Shown: positions 26,957-35,097 of the stretch, piece after piece
Layout of the letters: each line of letters starts with the position of its first letter
Position numbering within the stretch: the stretch's first letter is position 1
Source: Polyangia bacterium
Lineage (GTDB): Bacteria > Myxococcota_A > Polyangia > JAAYKL01
Assembly: GCA_046484285.1 (NCBI GenBank)
Contig: JAWOBP010000209.1
Span: 659-64,658, forward strand
Length of the DNA: 64,000 nucleotides
Reading direction: 5' to 3'
Program-made: the position numbers and the translations under genes
The notes under the pieces: model-generated
Told to the model about the DNA's origin: nothing
The model's input: only the letters and a program-made list of their open reading frames with translations
The model's database searches: none

Positions 26957-28069
26957 ATGAGAATCATGACCGCGATAATCACCATGCTGGGGGCGGCGCT
27001 TCTCGCTGCGGCGTCCGGCTGCGAGGGCGCGGACAGCGGAGGCGCCTCCGAGTGGGAAGACGATGACGACGACGGAACGAGCGACGCCGACAGCGATTCC
27101 GACGGCGACTCGGACTCCGATGGCGACTCGGACTCCGACGGCGACTCGGACTCCGACACCGATCAGGACACCTTCTGCGACGAGCAGGATTTCACAATCG
27201 AGTACGTACCGGTCAAGCTGATGATCCTGCTCGACATGTCGGGATCGATGGTGATCCCGTCGTCAAAGTACGATCACGCCAGAGCCGCGATTCAGAGCTG
27301 GTTGGTCGACTACGCCGACAACTTCCTGTTCGGCTTCGACTCCTACCCGGACGACTGGTACTCGCAGAGCTGCTCGGTGGACAACCCGGTCTGGTTCGAC
27401 ACCGACGCGGACCAGGAGAGCGCGATCTCCGGCTGGCTCGACACCCACGCGCCGCAGTCCGGCTCGGGAGATCCGCTGGTGATGGAGATGGACAAGCTGC
27501 TGGGAGACCCCGGATACGCGCCCAACTTCACCACCGACGCCCAGCCCGGCGAGCCGTACCTGCTGATCGTGGCCGACGGAGACGACTGCTGCGGTCCCTC
27601 GGGCAACTACAGCTGCTCCAACAGCTGGGTCGATGAGCTCAACCAACGCACCGAATGGCTGCTCGAGGCCGGGATCAAGACGATGGTGATCGGCTACACC
27701 GAAAACGCCGACGAGACCGCGCTCAACGCGATCGCGGCGGCGGGCGGCACCCAGTTCACCTCGTTCGTCGAGGCGCTCGACCAGGCCGCGCTGGAGAACG
27801 CGCTGGACACGATCGCGGCCAGCATCATCAGCTGCACCTTCGAGCTCGACGAGCCCGACGCCTCGGCCGACCCTGACAACGTCAATTTCTACTTCGACGG
27901 CGAGGTCGTGCCCTACGACGAGAACTGCGCACAGGGCACCGGCTGGATGTGGGTCGACGAGGAACACACCCAGGTCGAATTCTGCGAGGAGGCCTGCGCC
28001 GAACTGCAGGGAGGTTTCGTCGACGAGGTCACGGCCAAGTTCGGCTGTCCGACGGTAAGCGTCGAGTAA
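26957..28069 (+). CDS. VWA-domain lipoprotein with Asp-Ser repeat stalk and Cys-rich C-terminus
   Basis: RBS AAGGAG, lipobox AASGC, (DSDG)n, MIDAS LLDMSGSM, VADG and a C-terminal GW...C..AC...FGCPT segment. Confidence 0.8.
   Translation: MRIMTAIITMLGAALLAAASGCEGADSGGASEWEDDDDDGTSDADSDSDGDSDSDGDSDSDGDSDSDTDQDTFCDEQDFTIEYVPVKLMILLDMSGSMVIPSSKYDHARAAIQSWLVDYADNFLFGFDSYPDDWYSQSCSVDNPVWFDTDADQESAISGWLDTHAPQSGSGDPLVMEMDKLLGDPGYAPNFTTDAQPGEPYLLIVADGDDCCGPSGNYSCSNSWVDELNQRTEWLLEAGIKTMVIGYTENADETALNAIAAAGGTQFTSFVEALDQAALENALDTIAASIISCTFELDEPDASADPDNVNFYFDGEVVPYDENCAQGTGWMWVDEEHTQVEFCEEACAELQGGFVDEVTAKFGCPTVSVE
27059..27170 (+). repeat. Asp-X tract including three 18-nt units GA(C/T)GGCGACTCGGACTCC (DGDSDS)
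   Basis: The three tandem copies lie at about 27101-27154. Confidence 0.9.
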
Positions 28070-28095
28070 CATCCGCCGCACAAGGATCCGGGCGG

Positions 28096-29442
28096 CTATT
28101 GGAGCGTCAGGGTCAGGGTCACGATCGAGCCGGTGGGGTTGGCGGCGGCGGCCCAGAGGGTGCTCCCGCTCGGCCAGGCTCCCAGCGGGACGGTCGTCGA
28201 GCCTCCTTCGTAGCCGTCGTAGAGCAGCTCGGATCCCTCGGGGCCCCGGAAGCCCACCCTCAGCTCGCAGGACTGCGGATCGCTTGCCTCTGCGATCAGC
28301 GTCAGGTCGTCGATCGAATCGTGCGAGCGGGCGAACGCGATGCCTCCTTCGGCAGGCACCGTCACCTCGAGATCCTGCCCCTCTTCCATCACCAGCGAGG
28401 CCGGAACCGGCACGTCGATCTCATTGAACCCCATCCAGACCTGTGGAATCGAGCTGTCGTTCAACGCGATCGCCCCGGCCAGGTCGCCGAGCACCGTCGC
28501 GAAGCCCAGCGGCGGATCCAACTCGGCGAGCAGGCCGTCCAGCGAAGTTGCTCCGTGGGCGTCGTCGCTGACCAGGTCGTAGACGAAGCCGTCGCCGAAC
28601 CGCTCCCAGAGGTAGTCGCCGAACAGCAGCAGCACTCCGTAGTTGTAGTCGGGCCCGGACGACATCAACGGATCCTTGTGAACGTCGTTCAACCAGCTCG
28701 AGACCCAGGCCTCGTCCGCTCCGAAGCCGGTCAGCACCATCGCCAGCTCGCTCATCGACTCGTCGAGCCAGGCCTCCTCGCTCGGGTCGTGCCCCCAGTG
28801 CACCAGGTGCTGGAACTCGTGGGACTGGACCGAGAGCGAGTAGTCGCTGTCGGCCGAGTGATCCGCGGTGTTGATGTGCAGCGTCTCGTGGCGGTTGGAG
28901 TTCCACTTGTCGAGCTGGTCGTCCACCTTGAAGTAGCCGTCGAAGGAGTAGCCGGCGTAGCCCTCCATCTCGTAGAGCAGCAGGTAGACGCGCGGATCGC
29001 CGTCGAACTCGTCGGGCGGGTCGCCGAACAGGCCGGTCACCAGCTCGAAGATCCCGGCCCCGGCGCCGAGCGGGGTCTGCTCGTCCCAGCCCGCGATCAG
29101 GCCGCCCACCACCTCCTGGTCCACCGAGGAGCCCCAGGCGTCGTCCGCGACCACCACCACCACGTTCTGTCCCTCGCCGCGAATCGTGGTGCAGATCTGG
29201 CGATCCGAAGGGGGCATCTCGCTCAGATCCCAGATCCACCAGCGATCCTCCTCGGCGCAGTCGAGCTCGGTGTCGGTGTCGAGCTCGGTGTCGGTGTCCG
29301 CGTCCGTGTCAGTGTCGCCGTCGGTATCGGCGTCCACGTCGCCGTCGGCGGAGCCGCCGCCCCCGCCGTCGTCGCAGGCGGCCGCCAGGGCCGGGAGCAT
29401 GAGCAGGCTCATCGCGAGCCGGATTCTTGTGCTAGTCACCAC
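28096..29442 (-). CDS. Zinc-metallopeptidase lipoprotein (M30/hyicolysin-like)
   Basis: Lipobox LAAAC, an Asp-X stalk, HEFQHLVH and WLDESMSE (third zinc ligand Glu). Confidence 0.75.
   Translation of the reverse strand: MVTSTRIRLAMSLLMLPALAAACDDGGGGGSADGDVDADTDGDTDTDADTDTELDTDTELDCAEEDRWWIWDLSEMPPSDRQICTTIRGEGQNVVVVVADDAWGSSVDQEVVGGLIAGWDEQTPLGAGAGIFELVTGLFGDPPDEFDGDPRVYLLLYEMEGYAGYSFDGYFKVDDQLDKWNSNRHETLHINTADHSADSDYSLSVQSHEFQHLVHWGHDPSEEAWLDESMSELAMVLTGFGADEAWVSSWLNDVHKDPLMSSGPDYNYGVLLLFGDYLWERFGDGFVYDLVSDDAHGATSLDGLLAELDPPLGFATVLGDLAGAIALNDSSIPQVWMGFNEIDVPVPASLVMEEGQDLEVTVPAEGGIAFARSHDSIDDLTLIAEASDPQSCELRVGFRGPEGSELLYDGYEGGSTTVPLGAWPSGSTLWAAAANPTGSIVTLTLTLQ
29265..29350 (-). repeat. Asp-X dipeptide repeat tract
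   Basis: Encodes ADGDVDADTDGDTDTDADTDTELDTDTELD. Confidence 0.85.
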
Positions 29443-30211
29443 GTCCTCCTCTTTTTGCTCGGCCGATGCGGTAGACCCTGCCGCAGCGGGGACACTCGGC
29501 CTCGATCTCGTCGCGCCCGTTCCAAAGATCGGACTGCTCCCGCGCGGAGAGCGCCTCCAACGAGCTTCTCAGCATCTCCTCGTCGCAGCGGCACTCGTAG
29601 AACAGCACCACCTCCTCCAACCTGCGCAGCCGGCCGGCCTCGATCTCGGCGTCGATCCGCTCCAGCAGCTCGGCGTCGTCCAGCCCGGCCAGATCCTCGA
29701 TGCTCCCTTTCGGCAGCGCCTGGAGCAGCGCTCCGGGGCCGCGGCCGGGCTGCGCGATCCGGGTCGGGATCTGCGCCGAGCTTGCGAAGTACTCCTCCAC
29801 GGCTCGCACCGGATCCGAGTCGGGAGGATCGTAGAGGCTCTGGACCGGCTCGCCGCCCGCGCGCTGGCGCTGCACGACCGCGGCGGCCCCCTGCTTCTCG
29901 GCGCGGCGCGCCCTGCCGCAGATCATGCCCTCCGGCTCCACCGCGACGAACAGCCCGGCCTCCGAGCCCGGCATGCTCAGCGTCCAGCCCCACGACTCGC
30001 GCTCGGCCAGCGAGAGGGCGGCCAGCCCGGCGGCGGCCAGCGCGCGATCCAGCGGCTCGGCGAAGGCGCTCTTTGCCGGCGCTATCCCGAAGCGCCGCTG
30101 GTAGAGGTCGCGCGAGACGAGCGCCTCGGTGAAATCGCCGCGCACGACCAGCGCCCCGCGCTCGTCCCACAGGTAGCGGCCGTACAGCGAAAGGTGCAGC
30201 TTTTCGTCCAT
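29432..30211 (-). CDS. hslO: Hsp33-family redox-regulated chaperone (divergent)
   Basis: C-terminal zinc motif CRC...CPRC, plus YFASSAQIPT and LLQALP. ATG at 30211 with a GGAGG RBS. Confidence 0.65.
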   Translation of the reverse strand: MDEKLHLSLYGRYLWDERGALVVRGDFTEALVSRDLYQRRFGIAPAKSAFAEPLDRALAAAGLAALSLAERESWGWTLSMPGSEAGLFVAVEPEGMICGRARRAEKQGAAAVVQRQRAGGEPVQSLYDPPDSDPVRAVEEYFASSAQIPTRIAQPGRGPGALLQALPKGSIEDLAGLDDAELLERIDAEIEAGRLRRLEEVVLFYECRCDEEMLRSSLEALSAREQSDLWNGRDEIEAECPRCGRVYRIGRAKRGGRGD

Positions 30212-30320
30212 GCCTCCTCCCGAAAAGCGGGTGCATCGATCTTTGCTTGCACTATGATACTCCATGAATCGTGGCAAGCTCCGCGAGCCCGGCAAAACGA
30301 CGTGCGAGGAGGTGAAGGAG

Positions 30321-30896
30321 ATGGCAGCGGAACCCGGCCTGCGCAGCAGCGACTGTCTTTTGATAGTAGACGTGCAAAAGGATTTCTGCCCGGGAGGCGC
30401 CCTGGGCGTGGAGGACGGCGACGCGGTGGCCGCGGCGCTCGATCCGTGGATCGGCGCCGCGAAGGAGGCGGGAGCCAAGATCGTGGCCTCGCGCGACTGG
30501 CACCCGCAGCACCACGTCAGCTTCGAGGAGCGGGGCGGCCCCTGGCCGCCGCACTGCGTTCAGGACACGCTTGGCGCCGAGCTGCACCCGCGGCTGCGCC
30601 TGCCCGACGAGGCCGAGATCATTTCCAAGGGCACCAACGAGAACCGCGACGCCTACTCCGCGTTCGACGGCACCGGTTTGGCCGACGAGCTACGCGACGC
30701 CGGAGTCGAGCGCGTCGTGATCGGCGGGCTGACGCTCGACTACTGCGTCAAGGAGACCGCCCTGGACGCGCGCGAGGCCGGCTTCGAGACGCTGCTGATC
30801 GCCGAAGCCACGCGACCGGTGGAGGCCCGGCCCGGCGACGGCCGGCGCGCGATCGAGGAGATGAAGGAGGCCGGCGTGGAGGTGCTGGAGAAATGA
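30321..30896 (+). CDS. pncA: Nicotinamidase/pyrazinamidase
   Basis: Motifs DVQKDFCPGGAL, DWHP, WPPHC, KG...YSAF and DYCV. Confidence 0.92.
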   Translation: MAAEPGLRSSDCLLIVDVQKDFCPGGALGVEDGDAVAAALDPWIGAAKEAGAKIVASRDWHPQHHVSFEERGGPWPPHCVQDTLGAELHPRLRLPDEAEIISKGTNENRDAYSAFDGTGLADELRDAGVERVVIGGLTLDYCVKETALDAREAGFETLLIAEATRPVEARPGDGRRAIEEMKEAGVEVLEK

Positions 30897-32257
30897 GCGT
30901 GTCGCCGCCGATGTCTTCCGGCCCGGCCTGCGGCGCGCTGCTGACCGATCTCTACGAGCTGACGATGATCCAGTCCTACTGGGCCGAACAGATGAACGAG
31001 CCGGCGGTCTTCGAGCTGTTCTTCCGCTCGCTGCCGGGGAGCCGCAACTACCTGGTCGCCTGCGGCCTCGATTCCCTGCTCGAGTACCTGGAGCGCCTGC
31101 GCTTCGACGAGGACGACCTCAACTACCTGGCCAGCCTGGGACAGTTCCGGCCGGAGTTCCTCGATTGGCTGTCCGATCTGAGCTTCGGCGGCGACGTGCA
31201 CGCCGTTCGCGAGGGCACGGTGGTCTTCGCCGGCGAGCCGGTCGTGCAGGTCTCGGCGCCGCTGATCCAAGCCCAGATCGTGGAGACCCTGGCGCTCAAC
31301 CAGGTCCACTACGCCACCCTGGTCGCCTCCAAGGCGGCCCGGGTCGTCGAGGCCGCCGCGGGAAGGACCGTCGTCGACTTCGGGATGCGCCGCGTGCACG
31401 GCGTCTCGGCGGCGATGATCGCCTCCCGCTCCGGCTACGTCGCAGGCCTGGGCGGCACCTCGAACGTGCTGGCCGGCAAGCTGGACGGGATCCCGCTGGC
31501 CGGCACGATGGCGCACAGCTACGTGCAGACCCACGACGACGAGCTGCGCGCTTTCGGCGACTTCTTGCGGCTCTACCCGGAGACCACGCTGCTGGTGGAC
31601 ACCTACGACACGCTGGAGGGCGTGCGCAAGGTGGTGGAGCTGGCGCGCGGCATGGGCGAGGAGTTCGGCGTGCGCGCGGTGCGGCTCGACTCCGGCGACA
31701 TGGAGAGCCTCGCCCCGCAGGTGCGCTCCATGCTGGACGAGGCCGGGCTGCGCGATGTGAAGATCTTCGCCAGCGGCAACCTCGACGAGTACCGCATCGA
31801 GGAGATCGTGCGCTCCGGCGCGCCGATCGACGGCTTCGGGGTGGGCACGCGGCTGGGCACCGCACACGACGCGCCGTACCTCGACTCGGCCTACAAGCTG
31901 GTCGAGTACCGCGGCGAGGGACGGATGAAGCTCGCCGCCGAGAAATCGACCGTGCCCTGGCGCAAGCAGGTCTTCCGCCGCGAGCGGGGCGGGACCCCGG
32001 TCCGGGACGTGGTGGGGCTGGCCGGCGAGGATCTCTCCGGCAGGCCGCTGCTGGAGCAGGTGATGAGCGAGGGGCGCAGGCTGCCCGCCGGCGAATTCGA
32101 CATCGAGGCTACACGCCGGCGAGCGCGCGAGCAGATAGAGTCGCTGCCCGATCCGCTGCGCCGCCTGGAACGGGCCGATCCGCCCTACCAGGTACTCCTC
32201 AGCGACAGGCTGGAAGAGGCCAGGGATCAGCTGCACCGCCGGATTACCCGGCCCTGA
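30893..32257 (+). CDS. pncB: Nicotinate phosphoribosyltransferase
   Basis: Motifs TDLYELTM, DFGMRR, GTSN, GTMAHS, VDTYD, VRLDSG and FGVGT. ATGA overlap with pncA. Confidence 0.93.
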   Translation: MSVSPPMSSGPACGALLTDLYELTMIQSYWAEQMNEPAVFELFFRSLPGSRNYLVACGLDSLLEYLERLRFDEDDLNYLASLGQFRPEFLDWLSDLSFGGDVHAVREGTVVFAGEPVVQVSAPLIQAQIVETLALNQVHYATLVASKAARVVEAAAGRTVVDFGMRRVHGVSAAMIASRSGYVAGLGGTSNVLAGKLDGIPLAGTMAHSYVQTHDDELRAFGDFLRLYPETTLLVDTYDTLEGVRKVVELARGMGEEFGVRAVRLDSGDMESLAPQVRSMLDEAGLRDVKIFASGNLDEYRIEEIVRSGAPIDGFGVGTRLGTAHDAPYLDSAYKLVEYRGEGRMKLAAEKSTVPWRKQVFRRERGGTPVRDVVGLAGEDLSGRPLLEQVMSEGRRLPAGEFDIEATRRRAREQIESLPDPLRRLERADPPYQVLLSDRLEEARDQLHRRITRP

Positions 32258-32283
32258 CACCGCGCAAGCAGGGCTTTGACCCC

Positions 32284-32400
32284 GCGCCCGCCGAGGACAT
32301 CGACGGCAACCCTAGGGTCGACGACCCCTCGACCCCGAACAGCGGGATCGGAGATCCGCCCTGGGCCGATATCGGAGCCCTGGAGCTCGTGCCGAACTGA
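32284..32400 (+). pseudogene. Orphan C-terminal fragment resembling a choice-of-anchor-Q type tail
   Basis: It reads APAEDIDGNPRVDDPSTPNSGIGDPPWADIGALELVPN* (D..G.PR...D(I/M)GA.E pattern). There is no N-terminal part or start. Confidence 0.55.
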
Positions 32401-32460
32401 TCCCGGAACCAGGGGCTTTCTCGAGACCTTCGGCAACTCCCGCAAGCGGCCGCCGGCGGG

Positions 32461-32628
32461 TCAGTCGCAGGCGATTCTCCACGGGCCCAGGTCCCACTCC
32501 TTGATCAGGGTGGAGAAGCCGGCGATGCTCTCGTCGCCACAGAGCTCGTCGGCCAGGTCCTGCCCGTTTGCGATCTCGTCGACGTACTCCACGTGGAAAA
32601 CGGCCTTGCCCGCGTCAAGGAAGAAAAC
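32461..32628 (-). pseudogene. Orphan C-terminal fragment of a GH114 endo-alpha-1,4-polygalactosaminidase-like gene
   Basis: It reads FLDAGKAVFHVEYVDE...LC...GFSTLIKEWDLGPWRIACD*. No upstream body is present. Confidence 0.6.
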
Positions 32629-32727
32629 AGATTTTGGCTTTCGTCCTGTCGGCGCTGGACGGAGCTCGGCTTTGACCTCACACTTCCCGCGTCAGCTGCA
32701 AACGTCCGCGCTGCGAGGAGGTGACCG

Positions 32728-33252
32728 ATGAAGGAGAAGCTGGGAGCGAGCCCTATCCTGTTTCCGATGCCCGCGGTGCTGATCGGCACCTACCGGGACG
32801 ACGGAGCGGCCAACGCGATGACCGCGGCCTGGGCCGCTGCCTGCTGCGCCAAGCCGCCCTGCCTGGGAGTCGCGGTGCGCGACAGCCGGCTGACCTACCA
32901 GACGCTGCGCTCGCGGCGCGCGTTCACCGTCTGCGTGCCTCCGGCCGCGCTGGTCCGCGAGGTCGACTACCTGGGCATCGTCTCGGGCAAGCGCGCGCCG
33001 GACAAGCTGGAGCGGGTCGGGCTGAAGAGCGAGCGCGGCTCCGAGGTCGACGCTCCGGTGCTGCTCGGCTGCCCGGTGGTGGCCGAGTGCGAGCTGCGCG
33101 GCGAGCTGGAGCTGGGCTCGCACACCTGGTTCGCCGGCGAGGTCAAGCAGGTCCAGGTCGACCGCGAGCTGCTCCGCGAGGACGGCACGATCGACGTGGA
33201 GCGCCTCGACCCGCTGGGCTACGCCACCTCGGAGCGGGTCTACCGCCGATGA
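32728..33252 (+). CDS. Flavin reductase/flavoredoxin family protein, possibly prematurely stopped (similarity continues to 33306)
   Basis: Motifs FPMPAVLIGT, NAMTAAW, DYLGIVSG, AP...CPVVAEC and HTWFAGEV. Past the TGA the frame reads GEALGSAYSIGRTL. Confidence 0.8.
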   Translation: MKEKLGASPILFPMPAVLIGTYRDDGAANAMTAAWAAACCAKPPCLGVAVRDSRLTYQTLRSRRAFTVCVPPAALVREVDYLGIVSGKRAPDKLERVGLKSERGSEVDAPVLLGCPVVAECELRGELELGSHTWFAGEVKQVQVDRELLREDGTIDVERLDPLGYATSERVYRR

Positions 33253-33341
33253 GGAGAGGCGCTGGGCAGCGCCTACAGCATCGGCCGCACGCTAGCCGAC
33301 AAATAGCACCTCGTCGACTATCGTAGATCATCTCGAAACGG

Positions 33342-33797
33342 TCACCGGTCTGGCAGCTTTTCCAGCTCCTCCGCGTCGGCCTTGTCGCGCAGCCTGTTCG
33401 ATGAACGTTTGGTCCTGATCAGGTCCGGCTTGGAGATTATTCGTAAAGATACACCGCTTGTTTCTATCCTTCGACTCGAAGAAATCAATTCTTCACTGGA
33501 AGCACCTGTGAGGCTCGTCAGGATATCAATACGGTTGGGCTCGACGCCGAGGTGGAGCGCAACGCCGGACCTGGCGAAGAAGCCGGGCTCGATCCCCACT
33601 CCGCCAAAACCGAAATCCCGCAGTGCAGCGACGACTCTCTCGCCGTTCGACATGCTTCCTTCTACCAGGACATCGAAGTCCTGCGTGAGCCTCGCGTATC
33701 CGTAGTAGTTGACGGCAAAGCCACCGACCACGGCGTACGATACCTCGTGTCGCTCGAAGAGCTCGAGCAGATCCCTCATGTCGTCGGTGAGCAGCAA
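33342..33797 (-). CDS. Minimal nucleotidyltransferase-fold protein
   Basis: Motifs VVGGFAVNYYG, TQDFD, RIDIL and K....RLRDKAD. Locally lower GC. Confidence 0.75.
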   Translation of the reverse strand: MLLTDDMRDLLELFERHEVSYAVVGGFAVNYYGYARLTQDFDVLVEGSMSNGERVVAALRDFGFGGVGIEPGFFARSGVALHLGVEPNRIDILTSLTGASSEELISSSRRIETSGVSLRIISKPDLIRTKRSSNRLRDKADAEELEKLPDR

Positions 33798-33804
33798 CTA
33801 GAGC

Positions 33805-34041
33805 CTATGCCCAATCCACGATTTCGTACGACCAGACCTTCTCGATCGGTTTCTTCTTCCAGCCGGGGCCGAACCTGCGCTCCATGAGCGCCTCGAGCTC
33901 GGCGAGGCGTTCGGCGGGCGACATCCGCGCCAGCCTGGAGCGCTCCGCCTCGTTCTCGAGATCGAGCGACTCGAAGGTTTCGGCTTTGGCCGAAAATCGT
34001 CGCCGCCTGGCCCTGTCCTCGATATCGTCGTTTTTCACCAT
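33805..34041 (-). CDS. Small hypothetical partner protein of the nucleotidyltransferase
   Basis: ATG at 34041 with a GGAGG RBS and an MSPAERL motif. It ends 7 nt upstream of the NTase. Confidence 0.6.
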   Translation of the reverse strand: MVKNDDIEDRARRRRFSAKAETFESLDLENEAERSRLARMSPAERLAELEALMERRFGPGWKKKPIEKVWSYEIVDWA

Positions 34042-34120
34042 CAAAGCCTCCACGACACAAAAAAAGACTAGCACGCCGAATCCGGATTCAACAACGAGAG
34101 CGGCGGGTGCGGCGAGAAGA

Positions 34121-34744
34121 TCAGTTGTCCGAGTCGTCTCGCTGGGCCAGGACTCCCTCGTGCTCCAGCAGCGCCTCTTTCCAGCCCGGGGGACCGGACC
34201 AGCCGCCCAGCTTGCCCGAGGCCGCGATCACGCGGTGACAGGGCACGAAGATCGGGCAGGGGTTGTAGCGCATCGCCGAGCCGACCGCGAGCGCCTTGCC
34301 GCGGTGCCCGGCCAGCTCGGCCAGCTCGCCGTAGGTGATCGTCTCGCCCCAGGGCACGGTGGTCAGCGCGCGGTAGACGTCCTGCTGAAAAGGAGTGCAG
34401 TAGGAGACGTCGACCGGCGTCTCCAGCTTCTTCTTCTCTCCGATCATGTAGTTCATCAGCTCGATCGAGGCCTCCATCGCCCGCTCCCGGCCCCACGAGG
34501 ACCAGGCCATGCCCTGGTAGCGAGCCATCCGATCGACTATGTCGAGATCGTCGTAGCCGGGAAAGAAGAGCATCGCCACGCCGAACGCGGTCGCCCCCAC
34601 CCCGAACTTGCCCTCCGGCAGTTTCAGCTCGTAGCCGAAAAGGCCGGTGTACTGCGGCTTGGTCAACGCCCTTTGAATCTGCACCTCGTGAGGCTCCAGG
34701 TTCATCTCGGAGATCTTCTCGGGCCTGGGAAACATGTCGAACAT
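34121..34744 (-). CDS. ogt: Methylated-DNA--protein-cysteine methyltransferase
   Basis: Motifs TPFQQDV, VPWGETITYGELA, AVGSAM..NP and active site PCHRV. Confidence 0.9.
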   Translation of the reverse strand: MFDMFPRPEKISEMNLEPHEVQIQRALTKPQYTGLFGYELKLPEGKFGVGATAFGVAMLFFPGYDDLDIVDRMARYQGMAWSSWGRERAMEASIELMNYMIGEKKKLETPVDVSYCTPFQQDVYRALTTVPWGETITYGELAELAGHRGKALAVGSAMRYNPCPIFVPCHRVIAASGKLGGWSGPPGWKEALLEHEGVLAQRDDSDN

Positions 34745-34844
34745 CGTCGCCTCCTTTCGCTACCGGTCCCGCCCCACCGGCGGGCTCCACATACTGTATC
34801 GACCGCAAGGCCCGATCGGTTGCAAAAAAAATGATCTTTTTTTC

Positions 34845-35009
34845 CTAGTGCCTCGTCAACCCCACAATGCCGGGTCGGGCCGGCCCTCATCGACGATCCC
34901 TGCGTCACTCCTCCTCGAATTGGCACCGCCAGTCCTTCGTCGTCGTTCCTTGGCCTCGCCGATGATCTCTCGCCCCGTACCCGAAATCGTCGGGTTGACG
35001 AGGCACTAG
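34845..35009. mobile_element. 165-bp MITE/palindromic element with 18-bp perfect terminal inverted repeats beginning and ending in CTAG
   Basis: CTAGTGCCTCGTCAACCC (34845-34862) pairs with GGGTTGACGAGGCACTAG (34992-35009). The imperfect match extends to about 35 bp. No coding capacity. Confidence 0.75.
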
Positions 35010-35037
35010 CCGGTCTTCTTCGAAGAAAAAACCATCC

Positions 35038-35066
35038 TTAACTTTTCCATTTTCGCGACTTACAAT
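35038..35066 (+). promoter_or_regulatory. Sigma-70-like promoter of the 35098/36699 lipoprotein genes
   Basis: TTAACT, a 17-nt spacer and TACAAT in an AT-rich patch. Confidence 0.5.
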
Positions 35067-35097
35067 TCCAAAAGAGAAACCGAATGGAGCTATTTCG

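Noticed and set aside
29186-30892. 1023-aa fusion ORF ending in pncB
   Set aside because: The upstream part overlaps the peptidase gene, hslO and pncA in other frames. The real pncB starts at 30893 (ATGA overlap) or slightly later.
33250-33252. Selenocysteine recoding of the flavin reductase TGA
   Set aside because: The position corresponds to a hydrophobic residue, not a catalytic Cys, and no convincing SECIS hairpin follows.
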